Part shown: one piece after another, positions 1 through 7,090 of the stretch
Layout: the number at the start of each line of letters is the position of its first letter
Numbering within the stretch: position 1 is the first letter of the stretch
Assembly: GCA_964650175.1 (NCBI GenBank)
Contig: CAZYTC010000007.1
Location: 484-64,483, forward strand
Origin: an uncultured Campylobacterales bacterium
GTDB lineage: Bacteria > Campylobacterota > Campylobacteria > Campylobacterales > Sulfurimonadaceae
DNA length: 64,000 nucleotides
Direction: 5' to 3'
Translations under genes and position numbers: made by a program
The notes under the pieces: model-generated
The model's input: only the letters and a program-made list of their open reading frames with translations
What the model was told of the DNA's origin: nothing
The model's database searches: none

Positions 1-57
1 TAGTTGCGAGAAGATAAATTAGGATATAATAAAATTTAATTTCAAAAGGATTTTGCA
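1..57 (+). repeat. TA-cassette leader repeat, copy 1 (putative promoter/RBS module)
   Basis: 57 nt ending at the ATG of ORF 58-285. About 93% identical to 643-697. Contains GGATATAAT (-10-like) and AAAAGGA (RBS-like). Confidence 0.75.
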
Positions 58-285
58 ATGTTGGCACATAAGCAGATTTTAGATGCGGTGGAATTTTTAC
101 CAATAGATATAAAAACACAAATAGTCGATAAGATATTATCTAGTCTAAATCCAACTGATAAAACTATAACGGATTTGTGGATAAAAGAGGCACAAAAACG
201 AAAAAACCAAATCGAAACCAACCAGACAGAACTCATAGATGGAGATGAGGTTTTTAGAAAAATTGCCAAAAGATTTGAGAATTGA
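58..285 (+). CDS. Type II antitoxin, 'putative addiction module component' family (partner of ParE/RelE toxin)
   Basis: 75 aa. The LPIDIKTQIVDKILSSL...DLWIKEAQKR...ELIDGDEVFRKI layout is typical of this antitoxin family. Its TGA stop overlaps the TTG start of the downstream toxin (TTGA). Confidence 0.7.
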   Translation: MLAHKQILDAVEFLPIDIKTQIVDKILSSLNPTDKTITDLWIKEAQKRKNQIETNQTELIDGDEVFRKIAKRFEN

Positions 286-572
286 AGTTTTTCTTTCATC
301 CTGATGCGGAGATAGAATTAAATGAGCATATAGATTATTATGAAAAGCTTCAAAATGGTTTGGGATATAGATTTGCAAATGAGATTTATAAGACAATATA
401 TAGAGTCACAGAGTATCCGTTAGCTTGGCAAATTTTAAGTGATGATATTAGACGGGCTTTGACACATAATTTTCCTTTTGGTGTGATTTACTATATCAAA
501 GACGATGTAATAGTTATTCTAGCAATAATGCACCTAAGAAAAGAGGCAAATTATTGGATAAATAGATACTAG
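282..572 (+). CDS. Type II toxin, RelE/ParE family
   Basis: 96 aa. FHPDAEIEL..., YPLAWQ..., RRALTHNFPFGVIYYIKDDVIVILAIMHLRK..YW match the ParE/RelE pattern. Overlaps the antitoxin by 4 nt. Confidence 0.8.
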   Translation: MKFFFHPDAEIELNEHIDYYEKLQNGLGYRFANEIYKTIYRVTEYPLAWQILSDDIRRALTHNFPFGVIYYIKDDVIVILAIMHLRKEANYWINRY

Positions 573-639
573 ACTGCCACGCTTCGCTCGCAGTGACGAA
601 CCCAGTCATTGCGAGGCTTTGAAAAAGCCGCGGCAATCC
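573..639. repeat. Two adjacent REP-like nested palindromic units
   Basis: ACTGCCACGCTTCGCTCGCAGTGACGA followed by GTCATTGCGAGGCTTTGAAAAAGCCGCGGCAATCC. Same framework as 1322-1350, 5787-6146 and 44896-44923. Confidence 0.85.
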
Positions 640-642
640 ATT

Positions 643-697
643 TAGCTGCGAGAAGATAAATTAGGATATAATAAAACTCAACTTCAAAAGGATTTTT
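643..697 (+). repeat. TA-cassette leader repeat, copy 2
   Basis: TAGCTGCGAGAAGATAAATTAGGATATAATAAAACTCAACTTCAAAAGGATTTTT ends at the ATG of ORF 698-1039. Near-identical to 1-57. Confidence 0.75.
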
Positions 698-1039
698 ATG
701 AAAACTTTAACCATTGATATTCAAGATAGTTTTTTGAAAGATTTTTTGAGCTTTGTACAAAAAAGTCAAAATAAAATATCGGTTAGAAACAGTACTATTG
801 TAGAAGAAGATAACTATTTTGATGAGAGAAAAAAAGAGCTTCATCAAATAAGAGAAGATGTAAAAAATGGCAAAGAAGAGCTTTTCAATATAGAAGAATT
901 TGAAGAGACAAAGCTATATTTTAAAGAGTGTTTAGAAGATATTGAAAATGGTAAAACAGAGCTTTTAACACAAAATGAATATCAAAATAAAATGGATAGC
1001 TTTAGAGAAGATTTAAAGCAAAAATATGCAAATAATTAG
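698..1039 (+). CDS. Putative antitoxin of the downstream ParE-family toxin (acidic, helical)
   Basis: 113 aa. Overlaps the toxin ORF by 14 nt. Contains an internal duplication (REDVKNGKEELFNIEEF / LEDIENGKTELLTQNEY). The assignment rests on position and composition only. Confidence 0.5.
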   Translation: MKTLTIDIQDSFLKDFLSFVQKSQNKISVRNSTIVEEDNYFDERKKELHQIREDVKNGKEELFNIEEFEETKLYFKECLEDIENGKTELLTQNEYQNKMDSFREDLKQKYANN

Positions 1040-1310
1040 AGATACAAAATATCTAGTAAAAATTCAAAGTATCGTTGAATATATAACAAAAGATAGTATC
1101 GCTAGGGCTTTTGATTTTTTAGATGATTTGGATGAGCAGATAAACGATTTAACCAATATGCCTTTAAGGTGTAGAAGATCTATATATTTTGATGATGATA
1201 ATATCAGAGATTTGATATTTAAGGGCTATGTAATTGTGTATAAAGTTGATAAAACTAAAAAACAAATTATTATAATCGGTATTAATAAATATAAAAAAGG
1301 TTTATTTTAA
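1026..1310 (+). CDS. Type II toxin, ParE family (plasmid stabilisation-type)
   Basis: 94 aa. IVEYITKDSIARAFDFLDDLDEQINDLTNMPLRCRR...IRDLIFKGYVIVYKVD...IIIIGI follows the ParE layout. Confidence 0.7.
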   Translation: MQIIRDTKYLVKIQSIVEYITKDSIARAFDFLDDLDEQINDLTNMPLRCRRSIYFDDDNIRDLIFKGYVIVYKVDKTKKQIIIIGINKYKKGLF

Positions 1311-1321
1311 CAAGACTATTT

Positions 1322-1350
1322 ATTGCGAGGCTTTGAAAAAGCCGCACAAT
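1322..1350. repeat. REP-like hairpin between the convergent ParE-like and katA 3' ends (possible bidirectional terminator)
   Basis: ATTGCGAGGCTTTGAAAAAGCCGCACAAT has an inner GGCTTT/AAAGCC stem and an outer ATTGC/GCAAT-like stem. Confidence 0.7.
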
Positions 1351-1363
1351 GTGATAAAGCTCG

Positions 1364-2821
1364 CTACGCCTCCACTTTACTCCACTCAATCTCTAGTGCT
1401 TTTACGACACCTTTTCCGTACTCAATATCTGCTTTTGCACAGTTTCGGATATGGCGGATTTGAATATTTTCTGGTACACCAGACATATTTCTAGCGGTAT
1501 TGTCAAAAAGTATCTGTTTTTGCTCACTACTCATCACATCAAAAAGCATCTTAGTTTGCGTGTAGTAGTCGCTGTCATCCTCATGGAAATTCCAGTGATC
1601 AGCGAGGCTACCAATTTCTAGTGCTGGATCTCTGTAGTCTGATTGCTCTTGCCATTTGCCAAAGCTATTTGGCTCATAACCGATAGTTGAGCCGAAATTA
1701 TTGTTCACTCTCATCTGACCATCTCTGTGGTAGCTGTTTGTTTCACATTTTGGGGCATTCACAGGGATTTGATGGTGATTTACTCCCAGTCTATATCGCT
1801 GTGCATCGCCGTATGAAAATAGTCTACCTTGCAGCATCTTATCTGGTGAAAAGCTAATCCCAGGGACAACTGCCGCAGGATTAAACGCTGATTGCTCCAC
1901 ATCTAGGAAATAGTTTTCAGGGTTGCGGTTAAGCTCAAAGTATCCCACTTCGATTAGTGGAGCATCTTTTTTTAGCCACACTTTAGTTAAATCAAATGGA
2001 TTATATGGCAGATTTTTTGCCTGCTCTTCGCTCATCACTTGGATAAACATTGTCCATTTTGGATAATCACCTCGTTCGATGCTCTCATATAAATCTCTCT
2101 GGTGAGATTCGCGATCTTTGGCGATAATCGCCTCTGCTTCGGCGTCGCTTAGATTTTTAATCCCTTGTTGCGTGTGGAAATGAAATTTGACCCAAACTCT
2201 CTCATTTTTGGCATTAATCATAGAAAAAGTGTGGCTTCCAAATCCGTGCATATGTCTATATGAGTATGGGATACCACGATCACTCATCACAACTGTTACC
2301 TGATGGAGTGCTTCAGGCAAAAGCGACCAAAAATCCCAGTTTGTCTTGGCACAACGCATATTCGTTCTAGGGTCTCGTTTGACTGCATGGTTTAAATCAG
2401 GAAATTTAAGCGGGTCTCGCAGAAAAAATACAGGTGTGTTGTTACCTGCTAAATCCCAGTTGCCCTCTTCTGTATAAAACTTCATAGCAAATCCACGGAT
2501 ATCTCTCTCAGCATCTGCCGCACCTCTCTCACCTGCTACGGTGGAAAATCTCACAAACATATCTGTCTTTTTGCCGATTTCGCTAAACATTTTCGCTTTT
2601 GTATATTTGGTGATATCGTGAGTTACGGTAAATGTACCAAATGCACCAGAGCCTTTGGCGTGCATTCTTCGCTCTGGTATCACCTCTCTATCAAAGTGTG
2701 CAAGTTTTTCTAAAAACCAGACATCTTGAAGCAGCATAGGACCTCTCGCACCAGCTGTCATTACATTTTGGTTATCTACTACAGGTGCTCCTGCAACCGT
2801 TGTAAGTTTGTGATCACTCAT
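1364..2821 (-). CDS. katA: Catalase (monofunctional, haem b)
   Basis: 485 aa. Carries [20 protein letters not shown] (distal His region) and [15 protein letters not shown] (proximal Tyr region). Confidence 0.97.
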   Translation of the reverse strand: MSDHKLTTVAGAPVVDNQNVMTAGARGPMLLQDVWFLEKLAHFDREVIPERRMHAKGSGAFGTFTVTHDITKYTKAKMFSEIGKKTDMFVRFSTVAGERGAADAERDIRGFAMKFYTEEGNWDLAGNNTPVFFLRDPLKFPDLNHAVKRDPRTNMRCAKTNWDFWSLLPEALHQVTVVMSDRGIPYSYRHMHGFGSHTFSMINAKNERVWVKFHFHTQQGIKNLSDAEAEAIIAKDRESHQRDLYESIERGDYPKWTMFIQVMSEEQAKNLPYNPFDLTKVWLKKDAPLIEVGYFELNRNPENYFLDVEQSAFNPAAVVPGISFSPDKMLQGRLFSYGDAQRYRLGVNHHQIPVNAPKCETNSYHRDGQMRVNNNFGSTIGYEPNSFGKWQEQSDYRDPALEIGSLADHWNFHEDDSDYYTQTKMLFDVMSSEQKQILFDNTARNMSGVPENIQIRHIRNCAKADIEYGKGVVKALEIEWSKVEA

Positions 2822-2873
2822 CTTATCCCCTTTTTGATTTTCTGTAGATAAGTTTATCTAATAGTTTCTTAAA

Positions 2874-2888
2874 TAAGAATTATTATTA
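2874..2888. promoter_or_regulatory. PerR/Fur-type 7-1-7 box candidate upstream of katA
   Basis: TAAGAATTATTATTA matches TTATAATNATTATAA at 12 of 15 positions by hand alignment. It lies about 55-65 nt upstream of the katA start. Confidence 0.3.
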
Positions 2889-2941
2889 TTTGATTTCTAA
2901 TCTCAATGCTACAATGAGCCCAATATTTAGGAAATTTGAGC

Positions 2942-2968
2942 AAAAATATGTCAATTTGTCATATTTTT
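2942..2968 (+). repeat. 25-nt motif copy (AAATATGTCAATTTGTCATATTTTT), 35 nt upstream of rmuC
   Basis: Near-identical to 32915-32941 and 33880-33905. A degenerate copy lies at 5121-5145. Confidence 0.85.
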
Positions 2969-3002
2969 ATAGTTTAGAAGTTGCTTTTGTTATAATGGCG
3001 TT

Positions 3003-4403
3003 ATGAAGTATGAAATTTTTATTATTATCTTTTTTATCGTTACGACAATCGCAGCACTCTTTAGGGTGATTAGGCTAAAATCTACACTGGTAGATAGAGA
3101 TAGGGCTAATTTAGAGTTGCAGCACCTAGCGACAAATCAGCTGGGGCTTAAAAATATGGAGCTAGAGAGTAAAACGGCACTATTTAATCAGGAGCTAGAG
3201 TCGAAAATATCTCATATAAATCTATTAAAAACCGAGCTAGAGAGCCATAGAGCAGAGTATCATAAAAAAGAGCGAGAGCTAGCAGAGCTGCTAGATAGTT
3301 ATCACAATCTAAAAGAGCAAAATGCTATTTTAGAGACTAAAAATAGTGAGATAGTTAAATCTTTTGAAGAGAAGATAATACTATTACAAGAGTCAAAAGA
3401 GCAGATGAAGATGGAGTTTGAAAAGCTTTCACTAGAGATTTTAGAGCAAAAGAGCAAGAGTTTTAGCCAAACTCAATCAAAAGATTTAGAGGTTTTATTA
3501 AAACCATTTAGAGAGCAGATTGCACAATTTGCAACTCAATCAAAAGAGCAGTTTATACACGATGCAAAAGAACGCCAATCGATAAAAGATGAGATTGTGA
3601 GGCTAAAGGGGCTAAATGAGAGGTTAAGTAGCGATGCGATAAATCTCACTCAAGCACTAAAGGGCGAGAATAAAACCCAAGGAAATTGGGGAGAGATAGT
3701 GCTAGAGCGAGTGTTAGAAGAATCAGGTCTGCGAGAGGGATATGAGTATGAGACTCAGGGCACTTATAGTAGCGAAGAGGGTAAGCGATACCGCCCAGAT
3801 GTGATAGTGCATCTGCCAGAGCAAAAAGATATTATCATAGATTCCAAAGTCTCTTTAGTAGCATATGATGCGTTTATCAGAGCTGATGATGATACCGCTA
3901 GAGCAATCGCCCTAAAAGAGCACCTGCTATCTATAAACAACCATATCAAAGATTTAAGCTCCAAGCGATATGAGCAGTTAGAGGGGATTAGAACGCTAGA
4001 TTTTGTACTGCTTTTTATGCCGATAGAGGGGGCTTTTCATCTAGCACTAGAGAATGACCATAGCTTTTTTAAGAGTGCGTATGAGAAAAATATCATCATC
4101 GTATCGCCATCAACACTGCTAGTGACACTACGAACTATTGAGCATATTTGGCGCCGAGAACACCAAGAGCAAAACGCACAGATGATTGCCAAGAGTGCTG
4201 AGGCACTATATGAAAAACTCGTCGCTTTTGTGGATGATATGGGCGATATTGGCAAACAGCTAGAGCGAGCCAACAAGAGTTATGAGGGTGCTATGAATAA
4301 GCTTCAAAGCGGAAGAGGAAATCTCATCAAGCGAGCAGAAGATATGAGAAAGCTGGGGCTAAAACCGAAAAAACAGTTGCCCGTTATAGATGATGATTTG
4401 TAG
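3003..4403 (+). CDS. rmuC: DNA recombination protein RmuC
   Basis: 466 aa. N-terminal TM helix, long coiled coil, then a RmuC-type C-terminal domain (RPDVIVHLPEQKDIIIDSKVSL...FMPIEGA). Confidence 0.9.
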   Translation: MKYEIFIIIFFIVTTIAALFRVIRLKSTLVDRDRANLELQHLATNQLGLKNMELESKTALFNQELESKISHINLLKTELESHRAEYHKKERELAELLDSYHNLKEQNAILETKNSEIVKSFEEKIILLQESKEQMKMEFEKLSLEILEQKSKSFSQTQSKDLEVLLKPFREQIAQFATQSKEQFIHDAKERQSIKDEIVRLKGLNERLSSDAINLTQALKGENKTQGNWGEIVLERVLEESGLREGYEYETQGTYSSEEGKRYRPDVIVHLPEQKDIIIDSKVSLVAYDAFIRADDDTARAIALKEHLLSINNHIKDLSSKRYEQLEGIRTLDFVLLFMPIEGAFHLALENDHSFFKSAYEKNIIIVSPSTLLVTLRTIEHIWRREHQEQNAQMIAKSAEALYEKLVAFVDDMGDIGKQLERANKSYEGAMNKLQSGRGNLIKRAEDMRKLGLKPKKQLPVIDDDL

Positions 4404-4474
4404 TTTTTTATGTGCTATACTTTTGCATATATGATTTATACATAAGGATATTATGATATGGAGAGCTTAAAAAG

Positions 4475-5080
4475 ATGAAAAATATAAATATAGCAATTTT
4501 AACATTTGATGGATTTAATGAATTAGATTCAATTATTGCTTTTGGAATATTAAACCGAATGAAAGAGTATGGTTTTGATGTTCAAATCACTTCACCAACA
4601 AAAACAGTTACTTCAATGAATGGATTAACTATTGAAGCACAACAACAACTAGAATTTGCAAATAGTGCAGATGTTGTATTGTTTGGAAGTGGATTAAAAA
4701 CAAGAGATATAGCAAAAGATAAAACAATTTTATCTAGGCTATCTTTAGATAAAGAGAAACAACTAATAGTTGGGCAGTGCTCTGGAACGCTTTTGATGTC
4801 TGTATTGGGCATTTTAGAAGATATTCCAGCTTGTACGGATTTGATAACTAAACCTTGGGTGGTTGAATCTGGAGCAGAGGTTTTAGATCAAGCATTTTTT
4901 GCAAAAGGAAATATTGCTACTGCTGGAGGGTGTTTATCTTCAAAATATTTAGCAACTTGGATTATTGCAAAACTTTTAGGTAAAGAAAAAGCCTCCGAAG
5001 CTATATATTATGTTGCACCTGTTGGAAGAAAAGAGCAAGAAATCAAAGAGTGTTTAGAAACCATCGAATCTTATTTGTAG
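4475..5080 (+). CDS. DJ-1/PfpI family protein
   Basis: 201 aa. ILTFDGFNELD at the N-terminus and a nucleophile-elbow GQCSG. Visibly more AT-rich than its neighbours and prefers TTA Leu codons. Confidence 0.85.
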   Translation: MKNINIAILTFDGFNELDSIIAFGILNRMKEYGFDVQITSPTKTVTSMNGLTIEAQQQLEFANSADVVLFGSGLKTRDIAKDKTILSRLSLDKEKQLIVGQCSGTLLMSVLGILEDIPACTDLITKPWVVESGAEVLDQAFFAKGNIATAGGCLSSKYLATWIIAKLLGKEKASEAIYYVAPVGRKEQEIKECLETIESYL

Positions 5081-5120
5081 TATTTAAAAATTTTTAAAAT
5101 ATAAAAGCTATAAGAAGATT

Positions 5121-5145
5121 TTATTGCAATTTGTCATATTTTTTT
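5121..5145 (+). repeat. Degenerate copy of the 25-nt motif, about 50 nt upstream of rhuM copy 1
   Basis: TTATTGCAATTTGTCATATTTTTTT. The sequence between the motif and the ATG is homologous to the equivalent stretch at 32942-32993. Confidence 0.6.
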
Positions 5146-5195
5146 ATAATTATATTTTAATATGTTAATATTTATAAAATGATTTAGGAATAATT

Positions 5196-5767
5196 ATGCA
5201 AAATTTATCAAATCTAGTAGTTTACAGTGATGGTGAACTGGAGTTAAAAGTTTCAGTAGATAGCGAAACCGTTTGGCTGACACAAAAGCAGATTGCAGAG
5301 CTTTTCAATGTAACTGTTCCAAATATAAATATGCATATAAAAGCTATCTATAAAGATGAAGAGCTTATTAAAAATCGAACTATTCAATATTTCTTAATAG
5401 TTCAAAAAGAGGGAAATAGAGAAGTTGAGCGAAATATTGAACACTATAATTTTGATATGATTATATCTATTGGATACAGGGTAAACTCTGTAAAAGCCAC
5501 AAAATTCCGTCAATGGGCAACAACTATTTTAAAAAGCTATATACAAAATGGCTATGTGATAAATACTCATAAGATAACAGAGCAAAGATTGCTATCTTTG
5601 GAAAATGATATGCAATTTATAAAATCTAAAATAAAAGACAATAGCTTAGAATTGAAAGAGAATATCTTTTATGATGGGCAAGTTTGAAAGATTTGGGCAA
5701 AAAATGGTTCGCGTTTTCTAAAATGAATCTAGATATTGATGAGATTTTAAATAAACTAAAGGTGTAG
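5196..5767 (+). pseudogene. RhuM-family gene with an out-of-frame internal deletion
   Basis: The N-terminal 163 aa (…ISIGYRVNSVKATKFRQWAT…) stop at 5687. In another frame the last ~27 codons (LKDLGKKWFAFSKMNLDIDEILNKLKV*) match the C-terminus of the copy at 32994-33867. The central ~120 codons are missing. Confidence 0.8.
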
Positions 5768-5786
5768 AGATCTAGATAATTTCATA

Positions 5787-6146
5787 GTCATTGTGGAACT
5801 CTTTAGAGTATCTGGATTGCTTCAGCCTATGGCTTCGCAATGACGATGTTCTGTCACTGCGAGGAGTTTACGACGCGGCAGTCTACTATGGATTGCCACG
5901 CTTCGCTCGCAATGACGAGATTCTGTCACTGCGAAACCCTTTAGGGTTGTGGCAGTCTACCATATGGATTGCCACGCTTCGCTCGCAATGACGAGGTGAT
6001 GGATTGCCACGCTTCGCTCGCAATGACGAGGTGATGGATTGCTTCAGCTTATGGCTTCGCAATGACGAGGTGATGGATTGCCACGCTACGCTCGCAATGA
6101 CGAAGTTTTGTCACTGCGAGGAGTTTACGACGCGGCAGTCTACTAT
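5787..6146. repeat. Cluster of about 10 REP-like nested palindromic units
   Basis: Units of GGATTGC-loop-GCAATGACGA and GTCACTGCGA-loop-GGCAGTC are packed 4-8 nt apart. Three units (GATTGCCACGCTTCGCTCGCAATGACGAG) are identical. Confidence 0.9.
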
Positions 6147-6157
6147 TTGGCACTCCA

Positions 6158-6706
6158 CTATGGATGCGGAATTTTAACTTTTGAATTTAGCATATGTCCT
6201 ATAAAGACCATCAAAATCATAACGGCGATATAGTGGATATATCCAGAACCCAGCCATACTAGCCACAACAGTATCGCACCTAGTGGAGTGGGGATACCGA
6301 TGAAGTGTTTTGCTACCTCACCAGCGTCAGAGTTTAGATTAAACTCTATGAGCCGTCGTAGTCCGCTGATGGCGTAGTAGATACTTACAACTCCAGCGGA
6401 GATTAGAGCGACTCCATCTAGAGCTAGATATACAGATTGGTAGATAAAAAATATTGGCACTAGTACGAAGCTGAGAAAATCGGCATATGAGTCTAACTGG
6501 ATACCAAACTCGTTTGATAGATTAAATTTGCGAGCTACTTTGCCATCGAAAATATCAAATGCACCACCAGCCCAAGCAAGAGCTACAGCGATGATAAACT
6601 GCTCTTTTGTGATGAAATATATAGCGAGCATTCCGCAGGTGATATTTGCCATTGTGATGAGGTTTGCCAGATTAAAATGCGATTTTGATTCAAAGAGAAA
6701 TTTCAT
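6158..6706 (-). CDS. pssA: CDP-alcohol phosphatidyltransferase, phosphatidylserine synthase-like
   Basis: 182 aa, polytopic. Perfect signature DGKVARKFNLSNEFGIQLDSYAD (D-G-x2-A-R-x8-G-x3-D-x3-D). Confidence 0.8.
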   Translation of the reverse strand: MKFLFESKSHFNLANLITMANITCGMLAIYFITKEQFIIAVALAWAGGAFDIFDGKVARKFNLSNEFGIQLDSYADFLSFVLVPIFFIYQSVYLALDGVALISAGVVSIYYAISGLRRLIEFNLNSDAGEVAKHFIGIPTPLGAILLWLVWLGSGYIHYIAVMILMVFIGHMLNSKVKIPHP

Positions 6707-6748
6707 AGTTTAGCTATCCAAATTTTTCTCATATTATAGCCAATTATC

Positions 6749-6767
6749 GATAACTAAAATCACAATA
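6749..6767. promoter_or_regulatory. Fur-box-like sequence in the pssA/feoA divergent intergenic region
   Basis: GATAACTAAAATCACAATA matches GATAATGATAATCATTATC at 13 of 19 positions by hand alignment. It lies upstream of feoAB. Confidence 0.3.
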
Positions 6768-6853
6768 ATTTTGAAAAGAATTATCAATACTAAGGGAGTT
6801 ATAAGAGCAGGCGTTATATTATTCTATAACTTATACAATCAAGGTAAATATTT

Positions 6854-7090
6854 ATGAAGAGTAAAACACTGCTAAGTGGCTGTGAGAAAGGCTCTGTCGC
6901 AACTGTGATAAAAAACAATGCAGCAGGTGCACTAAAACAGCGATTAATCTCTTTTGGGCTGATGAGAGGCTCTAGGATAGAGATTTTAGAGTGCTCTATC
7001 GCAAAAAAGACTATCGAAATCAGAGTTGATAAGATGGTAATCGCACTACGAAATGAAGAGGCAGAGCTCATAGAGGTGGAGTATGAATAA
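6854..7090 (+). CDS. feoA: Ferrous iron transport protein A
   Basis: 78 aa with FeoA-type SH3-like pattern (GSVATVIK...RLISFGLMRGSRIEIL). Overlaps the feoB start. Confidence 0.85.
   Translation: MKSKTLLSGCEKGSVATVIKNNAAGALKQRLISFGLMRGSRIEILECSIAKKTIEIRVDKMVIALRNEEAELIEVEYE

Noticed and set aside
1-1363. Integron or superintegron cassette array.
   Set aside because: No intI-like recombinase is in the window. The inter-cassette palindromes do not show the R''/L''-L'/R' (RYYYAAC...GTTRRRY) organisation of attC sites. The region is retained only as 'array-like'.
2988-2996. TGTTATAAT extended -10 box only 6 nt before the rmuC ATG, which would imply a leaderless mRNA.
   Set aside because: This cannot be distinguished from a chance AT-rich match without transcription start site data. 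An upstream promoter is equally possible.
5791-5991. 66-aa ORF in the six-frame track.
   Set aside because: It lies entirely within the palindromic repeat cluster, and its 'protein' is just translated repeat units (…LRNDD…ARNDE…ATLRSQ). It is not a gene.
5787-6146. Possible CRISPR array, given the repeated ~30-nt units.
   Set aside because: The units are separated by only 4-8 nt rather than 25-40-nt unique spacers. They occur in both orientations, each is internally palindromic, and no cas genes are present. This is a REP-type cluster.
6158-6706. pssA possibly truncated by the adjacent REP cluster: 182 aa against about 240 aa in some relatives.
   Set aside because: The full CDP-alcohol phosphatidyltransferase signature and the TM core are intact, and short (~180 aa) PssA proteins exist. 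Nothing in the sequence indicates a disrupted 3' end.
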